Shown here piece by piece: positions 12,473-26,839 of a stretch of 64,000 nucleotides of DNA; positions within the stretch are counted from its first letter, which is position 1, and each line of letters opens with the position of its first letter. This DNA is from Eledone cirrhosa (Eukaryota). The translations under genes were made by a program, and so were the position numbers. The DNA lies in contig OZ024740.1 of NCBI GenBank assembly GCA_964016885.1, forward strand, positions 257,920,001 to 257,984,000. Direction: 5' to 3'. The notes below the pieces were generated by a model. The model worked only from the letters and a program-made list of their open reading frames with translations. It searched no databases and was not told the origin of the DNA.

Positions 12473-13624
12473 TATATTTAGTTTGATTTATATTTATATG
12501 AGAACTAGCCGATAAATCTTTTGATTCCTAAATCTTTGATTCCCTCGTTTTACTCTTTTTATTGTTTATTTTATTATTTTATTTATTTTTATTTTTATCT
12601 AAACATTCCTCATGAAAAATTAAGCTACCCTAAAAGCCGATGCTCCAAATTTTTTTGAATTAACCTTACACTAGATAAACTTCTATATTAAACATAGGAA
12701 CATATGTAGACATTATTGGACATCATAATCTTTTTACGATATTCTTTGCTAGATGTGATTTGATAGATAATTTTTGGCTTTGTCTTGTAGTGAACTTGGC
12801 AATATATTGTCAATTAACTTTGAAGGGTTGTTTTTTTTTTTTTGTTTTTTTTTTTTTAATTTTTATTTTTATTTTTATTTTTTTTTTATTTTTACTTTTA
12901 TTCTTTTAGTATTGTAGTATTCTATAATATTTTTATTTTTATTTTATTTTATTTTTTTAATATTTTTATATATTTTTATATGTAAATTTTTATATGTAAA
13001 TTTTTATATGTATATTTTTATATGTAAATTTTTATATGTAAATCTTTAATACGTAATATTTTTTAATACGTAGTATTTTTAATATGCAATATTTTTATTA
13101 TGTAATATTCTTTCGTAATATTTTTTTAGTTTTTTTAGTTTTCTATTCTATATTTTTATATATTTTTACTTATTATTATTATTATTGTTATCTTTGTTTA
13201 TAATATAATATATATTTTCGATTAGTATATTGAAATCTGCTCTCTATTTCTGCTGATGGATAATCTTGTAGAGTAATCGCAAGAATAATAATACGCTCAA
13301 ATTTTTATACCACATTGAGAATGTTTTCCGATAACTTAGAGTTTGCGGAGTGAATCAGTTGGATTCACATTGAGATTTGTAGCTGTCACATAGACATGTG
13401 AATTTTTAAAACTAAACATAAGATAATGAATTTTCACACATTGTGAATACTTGTTTCATTCAGGAATACTGATATTTACAGTGTAGTGTAAGTTTTATAA
13501 ATACTAATACATTAAAACATAGGGTTTTCTACGCCTCGAATATGTCTGGATATTTTTAAATTTTTTTCTCTCTCTATATCTCTCTATATCTCTCTATATA
13601 TCTCCCTTACATTAATACTTGAGC

Positions 13625-13663
<39 letters not shown>

Positions 13664-14020
13664 ATGTATCATTGATACACTTACTCAAAATGACCTCCCA
13701 CAACCTAATTTTCTATATATATATATGTATCTATCTCTATTTCCTCTCTCTCTATATATATATCTTTCTGTCTCTTTACATGAAGCTCTTCACTTTATCT
13801 ATTTTTCCATCTCTCTATTTTGTACCATGCATTTCTTCTTTTTCTTTTTCTTCTTTTTCTTCCTTTTCTTCGTTTTGTCTTTCTTTCTTTCGTTTTTCCC
13901 TCTTTTCTTTCTCTCTTTCTTTCTCTCTGTATTTTCACTGCTAGCGTAAACCTCTTCAAATGAAGTTGATGTTTATTACGGTATGTCGAATATATTTATC
14001 TATAAAACTGTTTATATTGT

Positions 14021-14084
14021 ATTTTGTCTGATGAAGGCATAGCATATTGTTAATATGATATCCCCGAAATATATATAATGAAAT
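14021..14084 (+). ncRNA. Type I hammerhead ribozyme in the PLE tail
   Basis: AUUUUGU-CUGAUGA-AGG...CCC-GAAA-UAUAUA-UA-AUGAAAU. Confidence 0.7.
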
Positions 14085-14232
14085 AAATATGGTTTTATAA
14101 ATATAGTTTTCCATTTATTTAATATTGTATATATATATATATATATAATGTGTGCGTATGTTAGTTTGAGTGCGTGTGTGTATTAGTATATATATATATG
14201 TATACATATATATATATTAATATATGCATATA

Positions 14233-14329
<97 letters not shown>

Positions 14330-14470
14330 CTTAAGGTTTGTTGGTTCACCACTGGATAGAACTGGTCATTCCGTATGGTCAATCCTGGTGTAATATTGTG
14401 AAGAGTACTCAACGCTGTGCTGTTCACCCATCTTCGTTTGTGTAGTTGGTGGTGCGAATTCGGAGTTAAT

Positions 14471-14827
14471 TATAAATGAAGTAACAGGAGGCTGGACTGG
14501 TGTAAATCCTTGAAAGGTTTATTATACTATGATCATTTCAATGACCGGGTTCCATATGAATCCGGTGATATCATCAGGTATTGGAATATAACAAAGGAAT
14601 ATGTAAAAAGCCATGGGTCCGAAAAACCATGGGTCCGAGAAACCAGAGACAGAGAAGGCGGCTGACCAACTAGCTTCACAGCCAGCCGCCCTGGCTTTTT
14701 ACATATTCCTTTGTTATATTCCAATACCTGATGATATCACCGGATTCATATGGAACCCGGTCATTGAAATGATCATAGTATAATAAACCTTTCAAGGATT
14801 TACACCAGTCCAGCCTCCTGTTACTTC

Positions 14828-14834
<7 letters not shown>
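14471..14834. mobile_element. Fold-back element with about 140-bp inverted arms, each with an HHR (14524-14581 minus; 14724-14781 plus)
   Basis: Arms 14471-14613 and 14692-14834; AUAC-CUGAUGA-..ACCGG..CCGGU..-GAAA-UGAUCA-UA-GUAU. Confidence 0.8.
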
Positions 14835-14869
<35 letters not shown>

Positions 14870-14906
14870 GAAAGTATGACTCCTACGGCAGAGCTCAAGC
14901 CGTTTC

Positions 14907-15006
<100 letters not shown>

Positions 15007-15286
15007 CAATGACCAACAAAAGTACAAAAGTAGAATATAAACATATAAACATACGCAGACTCAGACACTAACACACGAACAGACATCAAACAGAATACGC
15101 ACACAAATGCAGGCACAGAGACAATAACAAAATATATAGATAAATATAAAACGTTATAGGAACTGAACGAGTGAAAACACTGAACGTGTCACAGATATGT
15201 CTGACGAAAGAACTTTGAAAAACTATATTCATATTTATATTTTTAACTCCCGGTCAATGATTGATAAATATTATTTGCCAACATAG

Positions 15287-15477
15287 GGCGTTGGAGTGGC
15301 AGTATCGGTAGAGGGTCGGACGCCATGCTTTCCAGCATAGTTACGTCTCTTTACGATCTGAGTTCAAATCCCGCCGAGGTTGACTTTGCCTTTCATCCTT
15401 ACGGGGTCGATAAAATAAAGTACCAGTAATGCACTGGATAATTGCTGGCCTTGTGCCTAAAGTAGAAACAATTATTT
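15287..15477 (+). mobile_element. tRNA-derived SINE
   Basis: A-box-like tggcagtatcggtag, B-box gagttcaaatccc, core gcctttcatccttacggggtcgataaaataaagtaccag (resembles a Meta/Sauria-type domain). Confidence 0.8.
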
Positions 15478-15676
15478 GCCAACTGTATTATTTATTGAAA
15501 TATAAAATATATATTGAAGCGGAACCAAACAAAACAGTGATTAATTTATCTTTTTTTTTTTCTGGCAATATTAGGACAACACTTCCCTCTCCAAATATAA
15601 CAATATATATATATATATATAAGTAAAGTGCCATACTAAGAGTGAGAAATGAAATTTCGTTTTCATTTTTTTTCAA

Positions 15677-15762
<86 letters not shown>

Positions 15763-16020
15763 GTAGGAAAGCAACACACAAGTTGATATATATATATAAA
15801 CAAATAGTAGAGAATAGATAAAGATTTCTTCAGTAGAAAATGCTGGATATTTCCGCGTTTAATACTAACGGTGTTTGTCCTCCCTTCTCAACAGAGAAGG
15901 AAGGACAAACACGGACAGAGATATGAACTCTTCTCTCTAAATATGTATGTAAATATTAATAATTTTTCTTCTCCTTTTTATTATTCGTATAAATATGTAA
16001 CATAACTGCATTATGCATGT

Positions 16021-16069
16021 CCGCAGTTGAAAAAGCATATAATGCTGAAACCGGTATTATTAAACGCGG
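16021..16069 (+). ncRNA. Hammerhead-like motif with U3-A8 core and weak stem I
   Basis: UUGAAAA-AGCAU-aua-AUGCU-GAAA-CCGG-UA. Confidence 0.45.
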
Positions 16070-16179
16070 AAATAACCACTTTATAAATAAATGTTTTGAT
16101 ATTATACTCAAAGTATCTCTTCAGCATTTTCTACTGAAAAAATATTTTTCCTCTCTACTATTATTTTATTTCTCATTTA

Positions 16180-16383
16180 CCAATGGTTTAAATTTTATAA
16201 AAATCCAAAGGAAAAATTTTCAGCGGGGGTTTGAGCCCTTGAAGAACCCTTTGATTAAAATGAAATATACTTATCCAAGTACCCTGGGCAATGTAGTTTC
16301 AGAATATATATGGTTATGGGGGTCTCTAAAACCATAGGAGGAGAATGTAAACAAACAAACACAAAAAACAGACAAGAACCACA

Positions 16384-16392
<9 letters not shown>
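16180..16392 (-). mobile_element. Non-autonomous Helitron 5' fragment
   Basis: Homologous to the 5' parts of 24681 and 46269. Confidence 0.55.
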
Positions 16393-16473
<81 letters not shown>

Positions 16474-16619
16474 TATTTATACACATATATATAGATATAG
16501 ATAACAAAGAGAGTGTGGTAAGATGCCAGGTGGAACATAACGCAACAAAGTACTCAATACTTAGATATTACCCACTCTACTACCCTATCTACATATCTAT
16601 ATATATATATATATATATA

Positions 16620-16730
16620 GGAAAAGTGACAGAATCCCCACGGCTAAGCACCGGTCGTTTCGACAGCTAGATCCGGATCTAGCTATCAAAACGGCCGGAG
16701 CTCAGCCGTCGGGGTCCTGACTCTGTTCCT
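16620..16730. repeat. About 110-bp imperfect palindrome between (TA)n; arm fragments at 7333-7383 and 14868-14908
   Basis: Centre agctagatc-cg-gatctagct with paired flanking arms. Confidence 0.65.
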
Positions 16731-17352
16731 ATATATAGATATAGAGAGAGAGAGAGATAGATAGAGAAACGGAGAGATTGTGAGTCGAGAGAGGGTGAGA
16801 GAGGGAGAGATAGAGAAACCAAGTAAAATAGAAAAAGACAGTTTGAGAAAAGAGAGGGAATATATGAAAGAGATACAGGGGGAAAATAAGAAAGCAAGAG
16901 AGTAAGCGATTAAGAAATAATGAAGGAAGGGAAAAGGAAAGAGAGAAAAAGAGAAAGAAGATAGAGATTGAAAAAGAGAGAAGGGAAGAATATAGAATGG
17001 GGGTGAGAGTGAGAAGATAAGAGGTTAGAGAGGGAGGAGTACGAGAGATATGAAGTAAAATAGTTAGAGAGGAATTAGAGAAAGAGTAAGAGATAAAGGT
17101 GTAGACAAGTAATTAAAAAAGTAAAATTTAGATTAAATAACAAGAACAACAACAGTGATAGGAATCAGTTGTGAATGAATAATCACATAGATAATGGTGG
17201 ATACGACTGTAATTATGTTGCACAGAACATGTATATATATATATATATATATATATATGAAGAGAGAGAAAGAGAGTGAATGAGTGAGAGAGACATATAA
17301 ATGTGTGTGTATCTACATGCATATTTAGATACATTTATCCAATTATCTATGT

Positions 17353-17579
<227 letters not shown>

Positions 17580-17591
17580 TATATATATATA

Positions 17592-17676
<85 letters not shown>

Positions 17677-17708
17677 GTATATATATATATATGTATAATA
17701 TATAAGAT

Positions 17709-17987
17709 CAAAACATGGTTAAAAGAGTTCCATGTATTTTATTATGCGCATTTCAAAAACAAATATCATCATGGGATGACATTTGCGTTTTCATCAGATA
17801 AAATAGGGAGACATGATATGAAGGTTAAAAAACACTTGTGAATAGTGCAGTTTTAAATCAACATATTTTAACCTTCATATCATGTCTCCCTATTTTATCT
17901 GACGAAAACGCAAATGTCATTGGATGATGATATTTGTTTTTGAAATGCGCATAATAAAATACATGGAACTCTTTTAACCATCTTTTG
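17709..17987. mobile_element. Fold-back pseudo-LTR with two HHRs (17736-17804 minus; 17892-17960 plus)
   Basis: AUUUUAU-CUGA(U/C)GA-long stem II-GAAA-UGCGCA-UA-AUAAAAU in both arms. Confidence 0.85.
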
Positions 17988-18113
17988 ATGTTATATATTA
18001 TTTATACTCCAGACCTACAAGTTGTAGAGTGCTACTTATCCGATATCTGCATTGCTTTATTGTACTACAATAAAACTCACCTCCATATATGTATATATAT
18101 ATATACATATATG

Positions 18114-18279
<166 letters not shown>

Positions 18280-19216
18280 ATACTTGGGGAGGGTCATATG
18301 TGTGTAATATTGCCAGAATTAATAACAGAACACACTCACTGTTTGGTTGGTTTTCGCTTCTGTGTCTTTTATATCGGTTAATTTAATTTATTCGGTCCTC
18401 AATGCTGCCATTGACTGACCAACGGTCAAAAATACAGATACAATATAGACACAAACACATATATATAGTCTATCAAAGTTCTTTCGCTGCACATCCGCAA
18501 CTTCGTCAGTGTTGCTATTATGTTTCCTCCTGTTGCATTGTATACTTACGCCATCTTTATTTAGTCTGTTTATTTATTTTTTTATTTGTTTATTTATTTA
18601 TTTATTTGTTTATTTATTTATTTTTTTGTATTCTCGGCGCATGCATTTGCGTATAGTGTTTTGTTTGATGTGTGTTCTTGTTTGGGTGACTGTGTATTGG
18701 TTAATATATTCTATCTTAGTTTACTAGTGTGTGTTTATATGTTTGTTGTTATCGTGCTTGTGTATGTATGTATTTATTTATTTATTTATCTATGTATCTA
18801 TTATACCTCTCTTAGGTCAGTGTTGTTTGTTTAGGTGTTGTTGTTATTCCATTCATTCTTTCTGTTTAGCATTGGCCTTCTGAGTTCTATTTCTCTGGCC
18901 TCTCTTATTTGGCTATGTGCTAGGTCATTTCTATGTTTAGATATGATTCTAACTTCTATGTTGTCTATTGTTACCGTCGTGATGTTGTCTGACATGTTCG
19001 TATAGTACTGACCCGTTTTTTCGTCCTTTTAGTTCCCCCCAGTGTTGGTCTATCCATTAACCTATGCTACGAGCTGTCTCGCCTATGAATGTTGTTGTCA
19101 TGTTTCTGTAAGTACCCTCTGTACATCTTATGCTATAGATTACGTTTCTAGTTTTACAGTTTATCCGGGGGTTTACTCTACGTATGATACATTTCCTATT
19201 AGTACAGTGGGTTTTC

Positions 19217-20945
19217 TTATAAGGGTAGGTTTTGCTGATCAGGGATGTTATGGGTCTTTCTCAGGGTCTTTCTACACAGGTTAGCTAATTTCCCTCCAGG
19301 GGTAGCGTCCACAAACATGACACTCTGGTATCTCTGGTTGTCGTACCATGAGGTGGCTTTCCCTATCTTATGTCTAGCCCTATCTAAGCCATTCCATGAT
19401 TTTCTCCTGTATAATGGGCAAATTCCTTTCATGTCCAGTTCTATGAGGGTCTTATACTTCTCCATGGCTCCTTCGTATACTCTGATTCTGTCTCTTTGGT
19501 TGTAGCCAGAGAACTGCATGTGGTTGATGAAGTGTTGGGTGTATCTTTCCATTTCTGTGGGGTCGCACATGCGGGACACATTCTTCATCACTCGTACCAA
19601 GTCTGCGATCAGAATATTAAACTTAGCCCTACTGGACATTGCTGAGTTTTTGAGTATCAGGTATTTGGAGGCCATGGCTTTAGCATAGTGTGAGTGGAGA
19701 ATTTGGGCTCTCTCGTCTATAGTGTTAATCCAGAGTTCCGTGTCTAATACAGGTAGTCTATTGTTAGGGTGTTTGGAAGGGAAGTCGATAGTTGCAGTTA
19801 TACTCTGGTGTATGGAATTAGCTATCTGCTGGATGCTTTCCATTGTGCTACGTTCTAAATCAAACTTGTTAGTGCTCCCTTGTGGGGATGTCCTTATTAC
19901 TATATTGATGTCGTTTACGTAACGAGACTACATGATGAGGTGTATGGAACTCTCATCAAGGAGATCTTTGAGTCTCCTTTGCCACCATACCATAAAAAGT
20001 TTGGCAACGTCACCAGCTTTGCTGACGCCAATGGCTGCTCCCTCATTTTGGCTGTAGATCTTCTCGTTGAACATGAATATGTGGCCCTTTAGGGTCGTTT
20101 TGATACTAGCCCCTATTGCATGTGCGACCATTTTTCTTACCTGATCATTGTTTTGGGGAGTCCGTATAGATTTTGTCCACCCAATCCACCTTCCCATGGG
20201 AGACCTTTTTGCCATTGAGGCTATGGTGGGATGTCTACGTCTTATGGGTCTACTGGGGCAGAAACGTCTAAAGTCATAGCTGTCTAGGAATCAGTGTCGT
20301 AGGTAAGTCTAAGTAGGAGGCCCAGTTCGTCTGTGTCGACGTCGCAGAACTCCACCTTACTCTCAATGATAATCTCCACACATTTTTCCACAGCAAAATC
20401 AATGTTAATGGATGGATACATGTGATACCACATCCATACTGCCTATTATGCAGTTGGATAGGTTCCTGTTTTTGTTGCACTCACTGATTCTGCCGAGAAG
20501 GTCCTCTGTACTGTCACATACATCTGGGAACATCTTGATTATGGGACGTATAACCATTGAGAGGAAGTAGGAGATCCTGTAGTTGCTAGCTATATTTGTT
20601 CCGCATACAGGTCTTGTTGGTGGTCCTGTTGTCGGGTTGTCGACTGTCTTGTGGTCTTTGCGGAGCCCATACAAGGGTGGTATGCCATTGTTGGACGCCT
20701 GGAAGTTGTTGGCAGAGCGTCTGCTTGGCTTTATGATGTCGGCCCACATCATCATGTGAGCTTTGAGGATTTTCTCTCTCCCATCATGTATCTGCTGTGC
20801 AATTTCGCTCGTGTTGGTGATGTGGGTTGCATAGCCTTGATGTAGTTCGGCATGCTGTCTATTGACATCCTACCAGACTTATCCGTGGCTAGACATACTA
20901 CCTCACCATCCCTTGTGCGCTGCTTGAGGCTAACCAAGCCTTCTG
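19217..20945 (-). pseudogene. Frameshifted Penelope-like reverse transcriptase (a third, distinct PLE type)
   Basis: TDKSG, PPLYGLRKDHK..PTRPVCG, GSMDV, YSQNEGAAIG, YVNDI, LPVLD and FSGY...PLYR motifs across several ORFs. Confidence 0.85.
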
Positions 20946-23900
20946 ATTTAAATGATCTCAGGTCAAATTGTATAGATGTGATAGCCATCATCGAGTCCAG
21001 GTTTCACAACAAGCAGCAGCTAACCCTATGTTCGATGACTTTGAGATCTACGCATCCCTCTTTCAGCCAGGAGGTGGAGGGGGAGTTGCTGTTCTGTTTC
21101 GAAAAAACTTGGATCTCAAAGCACAAACGATTCAGTTGGATACGGAGGGCAACTTGGTGGTCTTGAACGTGAATGGTAGTGAAGGTGGAGCTTTCAGACT
21201 GGTGGCGGTATATGCCCCGACTGGGACATCGCGACCAGAGTTCTTCAGGCGTCTGGAGCCATTCCTGGGAACGTCTCGCTCCTTAGTATTTGCGGGGGAC
21301 GGAATGGCATTGTTGATGCACGTTGGGACTATGTAGGAGCTTGTGATAATAGAGGGGGGTGTAATAGCCTCAAAAAATCTCATCAGCCAATTCCAACTGG
21401 CTGATAGAAATCGACTAGACTTCCCAAGTGTACCACTGTGGACGTGGATCAACCGCACTGGGTCTTCTAGATCGCATTTAGACAGATTTTTAACTAGACA
21501 GACAGATAAGAAAAAATTAATCTGTCCACAAATGCACATGGTTGCCTATTCAGACCACAAATTAGTCACCTGCGTAGTCAACCTTGATAGAACACATAGA
21601 CAGGGAACCGGATACTGGAAGCTAAACACATCGCTTCCGGCGCGTAATGCCTACAATAAACGGATTAGTACCTTAGTTAAGTACCAGTTGATGGGGGCGA
21701 TCGTCAACAACAGGTGGTGGGGCTCTCTCAACAGAGCAATTAGAATACAATCGATAGCAATTGGCAAGGAAGTAGCTTTAGAAAAAAACAAAACCGAAAA
21801 GGAACTAGTAGCTAAATTAAAATAGGCACTTAGGAATGGCAGTACAGCTGACGTGCTAGCGGCGAGAACGGCACTAGACCAGTTCTTCAACGTGAAACAC
21901 GAAGGTTGTATTGTCAGAAGTAGAACACGTGTTGTAAGCAACGAGGGAGCCATAGCTGTTAGCTGGGCCCAAGTGGCAGAGGCGAAAAGTGGCAACAAAT
22001 CCACAATTCGGTCCTTGCTAGACAAAGATGGACGCATTCTACTTGAATCCAAGAAGATGTGCACGGCCTTGCAGCAGTATTTTGCACAACTGTTCGGCCT
22101 AAGCGGTACGTCAAGGAGGTGATGGACTTCAGCTCCTACCTCGACGGCGTATCACGACTCTCGAGCACGTATGCGGAGAGCTGCGAAAGGCCGATCACAG
22201 CGGGCGAAATAGAAGATGCCCTAGGCCGCTGTGGGAAACGCAAATCACCCGGTTTAGATAGTCTATCCTATGAGTTTTACATAGGCATGCCAGACTTGCT
22301 CTCTGGCGTCCTCGGAGCGGTCTACTGCAACTGGTAGCAGAACGGAAGGATTCCCAGTTCTGTAGGTAGAGGTGTAGTAACGCTGATCAGGAAAGTTGAG
22401 AACAAGGAGGATGAGATAAGCAATTCAGGCCCATAACTCTGCTCAACACAGAGTTAAAGATTTTGGCCAAAGTATTAGCAGCGAGGCTGGCGCTTATTGT
22501 CGAGAACCTGGTAGGGGAAGCGCAAACGTGTGCAATCCCGACCAGGTCCATACACGACAACCTCCACCTTATGCGATACATCATAGAGAGAGTAGGGCGT
22601 AAACTTGGCTTCGGTCGGCTTCTTATCAATTTATATCAGTCTAAAACATTTGATAAGGTCGACCATCAATACTTTGAAGCGGTTGTCAAGGCGGCCGGCT
22701 TCGGTCCCGTCTTCAGAGGCTGGATTGCTGCCATGCACAACAGCATCTGCTGGGCAGTCAAGATGAATGGCTACCTATCGGAGCCATTCCAAATCATGCG
22801 TTCCATCCGTCAAGGGTTCCCTCTCTCCTCCATTCTGTATGTACTAACTCTTGAGCCATTACTGCGGGAGCTGGAGCTGTCACAGGGCATATCACTCGAA
22901 CGAGGACTGCGGAAAGCAGCGTCGGCCTGTGCTGACGACATAACAGTAATGGTGTCGAAAACCTCGAAAGTCGGGGTAATCGGCAACCTATTACAGGGAT
23001 ACGAAACATTGACAGGAGCAAGACTAAACCCAAACAAGTCCGTCGGTTTGCAACTCGGCACATGGAGAGGCAAACCCATGCCTTCCGACAGTGTCATTGG
23101 ACGCTGGACAGAAGGACCGGTGAAATTGCTCGGGGTCTGGTTTGGTCCAGACCTCCAGGTGGACAAGAACTGTCACGGCGAAGTGGTTTGGACTCACCCA
23201 GAAGTGGGCTGAGTGCAAACTCTCCTTGAAAGGTCGAGCGGAGGTGGCTAACACTTACATAGCGTCCGTCATCTACTATCGCTTGACAATCGTGCCTTGT
23301 CTCCGCGAATACCTCACCAAAATGGAAGCCTACTCTTCAAGTTCCTCTGGAAGAAACAGGCGCCATTGGTGAGGAGATCCATCTGCTGTCAACACCCTTC
23401 TAACGGAGGGCTGGGTATGCCGTGGCATACACGCAAACACGCGCTGAGGCTACGCCATCTCCAGGTATTCCTGACCGGTGAACCGGTGTGGCTGTCGTTT
23501 GTGAGACGACCTCTTCCACAACTCGTCTCACTAACAGAGCTGCAGTCCTGGGTCAAGCGAAGACCGAAAATGGGCGCCTGGCACCTCGAGTGCATTCAGG
23601 CGCTCACAGCCCTCTACCAAGCGGAACCGGCAATCAGCAGAGACTCCACTTCGACATTCTATAGGGGATTAGTGGTGGATAAGTGTGACGACATTCTCTG
23701 TGAAACTCTAGGCATCGAGGAAGACGAACTGACCAGTCTGTTCGGGAGGACTTTCCGTCCAGTGCCTATGGATAACTTCCAGAGGTGTCTGGCCTGGCAG
23801 TGCTACCGAGGAACTCTACCAGTTCGAGACAAACTCTACAAGCACGGACGCCCTGGCAGAGATCCTGCCAAAATAACCTGTCCAAGATGCGAGTAGGACA

Positions 23901-24505
23901 CCGAAAGCGTTCTGCGCGCAATTGTTCGGTACCCAGGGGTGACCGACCTGTGGAATTATGTCGAACAGCTAATGTCACCTGTGGGACGCATCCAGTTGTC
24001 AGCCAGCTCCATCGTGAGGATCACCACGCCACCTTCATTTAAGAATGAAGGAGAGGGCCCTTCCTTGTCTGGTGGCTATGGCGAAAGAGGTAACATTGTG
24101 GACGAGGTTAAAAGGACTGAGGGAAAGCACCTTTCTCTCCGGACAACAACTCATCCCTTTCTTTAAGTGCCACTTCAGAAGGAAGATGAGAGTGGAGAGA
24201 GGGGTGCTACACCCCAGTAAATTAGCTGAAAGGTGGGTGAATGTGGCGAAAATGACCCGAGTGAAGACGGGAACACCTACAAAACGTGTTCCTGGTGTTG
24301 ACGGTTGTTCTGTCCACGGGGTGTAAAACAACGCCGCAGTAGCGTTACCCCCCCCCCCCGCCCTCTCCACTAATGCGGATTTCAATTGTTTTATTTTTAT
24401 ATAGTTTATTGTTATTTATCATTGTTAAAGATTTTATGTAAAACCCCCGCCATCATGTCTTATAATGTCCCATTTGTGTACGCCCCTGCGGCAAATAAAG
24501 AAAGA
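20945..24505 (+). mobile_element. Decayed L1-clade (Tx1-like) LINE ORF2 plus 3' UTR
   Basis: APE motifs GVAVLF, VYAP, LDRF, SDH, YWKLN; RT motifs KSPGLD, RPITLLN, FDKVDH, RQGFPLS, ADD; C-terminal CPRC; AATAAA at 24494. Confidence 0.9.
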
Positions 24506-24582
24506 TATTTATCTATCTATATCAATCTTTATAGCTATATCTATCATCTTAAATCCCACTTCTCTCTCCCTCCCTCCCTCCA

Positions 24583-24662
<80 letters not shown>

Positions 24663-24680
24663 TCTCTCTCTCTTTATATA

Positions 24681-25344
24681 TCTATATATATAAAGTTGTA
24701 TTCCTGTCTGCTTGTTTGTTCAAGAACTACTCCTATGGTTTTGGAGATAGACCCCCATAACCATATATATTCTGAAACTACATTGCCCAGGTTACTTGGC
24801 TAATTAAAGGGTTCCACAGGGGTACAAACCGGCACTGAATATCTTTTCCCTTCGATTTATATGAAATTTAAACCATAAGTAACTGACAAGATATGATGCC
24901 TATTCACAAAATTTCAGCAAATTTCAATAATATTAAGACACTCTGATGGGGTTAATCAAAGGGTTCCCGGGGACACAAACCCCCGTTGAATTTTTTTTCC
25001 CTTCGATTTATTTAAAATCAAACCATACGGTAAATAACAAGATATGATGCCTATTCACAAAAGTATTGAATTTATATTTTGAAAAAAATTATTTACAAGA
25101 AACAAAATAAGTATAAGATTTAATAATGTAATTTTGATTTGATATATTACAAATAATAATGATTTCCAATTTTTCATGCATTATATTTTGCATTGAGTAA
25201 TACTGAACTGAAATGCAGAGTTTTTCTCCATAAATTATATCATTGGTTTAACATCAATCATCATTTTCTATCGAGTGCTTTGTGATTGCTTCAAACAACT
25301 TGAATAGTAACTGCTATGTAGCAGGTACAACTTCGATTTATACC

Positions 25345-25347
<3 letters not shown>
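24681..25347 (+). mobile_element. Non-autonomous Helitron
   Basis: A|TC...CTAA|T termini, subterminal hairpin ctgct-atgt-agcag, homologous to 46269-46890. Confidence 0.6.
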
Positions 25348-25400
<53 letters not shown>

Positions 25401-25743
25401 AAAAAAGGAAAAGAAACAGTAGAAAATGCTAAAGGGATTCCCTCTCCGAAATAACATCAAAACATTTATTTACATATTAGGAATTTCCGCATTATATGTA
25501 CCGGACTCAGCTTGTGCGCTTTTTCACACAACGGAAGTGTATGATGCAATTAAATTGCATATTAATCAGATCAATAACAATATGGGGAAAAATTGTTTTT
25601 ACATACATATATAAAGAGAAAAGTTCACATTGTTGTCAGTAGTTTTCTTTCTTTCTCTCTTAGTGCTTACCTAACAATCTACCTATCTATTTCTCACTCT
25701 TTCTCACAAGTATGTATATAGCTGTGTGTGTATGTGTGTGTGT

Positions 25744-25789
<46 letters not shown>

Positions 25790-25924
25790 GTGTGTTGGTG
25801 TGTGCATTTGTGTGTATTAAGTAAGAAAAAGAGAAATAGATATAGGTACGTAGGCAATCAGACAGGCAGAGAGATAACACATATGCAAATAGATCGATAG
25901 ATAGGTGCATGAATAGACAGACAC

Positions 25925-25999
<75 letters not shown>

Positions 26000-26060
26000 T
26001 ATTTCTTTATTAGCCACAGGGGCACAAAAGAAGGGGACAAATACAAAGGGGGAAGTTTAC

Positions 26061-26061
<1 letters not shown>
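26000..26061 (-). mobile_element. 3' tip of an L1/Tx1-like element inside (GATA)n
   Basis: gcccctgtggctaataaagaaa matches the 3' end at 24482-24503. Confidence 0.6.
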
Positions 26062-26109
<48 letters not shown>

Positions 26110-26576
26110 CAGAACGATCGATAGGTAGGTAGGTAATTAGGGTGGTAATAGGGAGGTAATTAAGGTGGTAGTTAAGTAGATTGAAAGATATAAATCTAGC
26201 GTTTGCTAAGACCACACGTTAAACATACATTCAACAAAAGAAATTATTTTTAGCAATATCGCTAAGACTAGTAAATAAGCAGGGAAATAGCCAAAATTAT
26301 TTGGTTCACACCGTCATCCCGTTTACACCTGTTTCTTAATTGTACACACGGTAAGCAAACGTGTGAGCTATACCTGGCTGATTAAGATGAAAACTCTTGA
26401 TCAAATGATTCCTATCACTGCTTTTAGTCGCCATCATTCTGTTTTACCACAATTTTCCTCTCTCACCTTCTCTCTTTATTTATTTCCCTCTCTCTCCCCC
26501 TTTATCTCCCTTTATCTCTCTCAATCTCTCCCTCCTTCTCTCTCGCTTTCTCTATTCCCCTTTCCCCCTCTCTCCC

Positions 26577-26610
<34 letters not shown>

Positions 26611-26839
26611 TTCTCATCCCTCTCCCGTCACTATTATCACCACCTGCACTTCCGACGCCCTCATCACAGTCATGATCATGATGGTCATGATGATGAAAAT
26701 CATCAACAACATCATATTCATCAAAATCATCTACAGCAGCAGTATCATACTCATAACAACATCCACACCTTTATGGTCAGCGGTCATCGTCATCTTCACC
26801 GTCATTTTCATCATCACCGTTATGATTTTCACCGTCATC

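Larger units (their letters stand above)
11400..14130 (+). mobile_element. 5'-truncated Penelope-like element (Naiad-like) with inverted pseudo-LTR piece at the 5' end and an HHR-bearing tail
   Basis: ORF 11516-12472; 11405-11505 is the reverse complement of the family tail (compare 4250-4350); HHR at 14021-14084; TA flanks. Confidence 0.75.
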
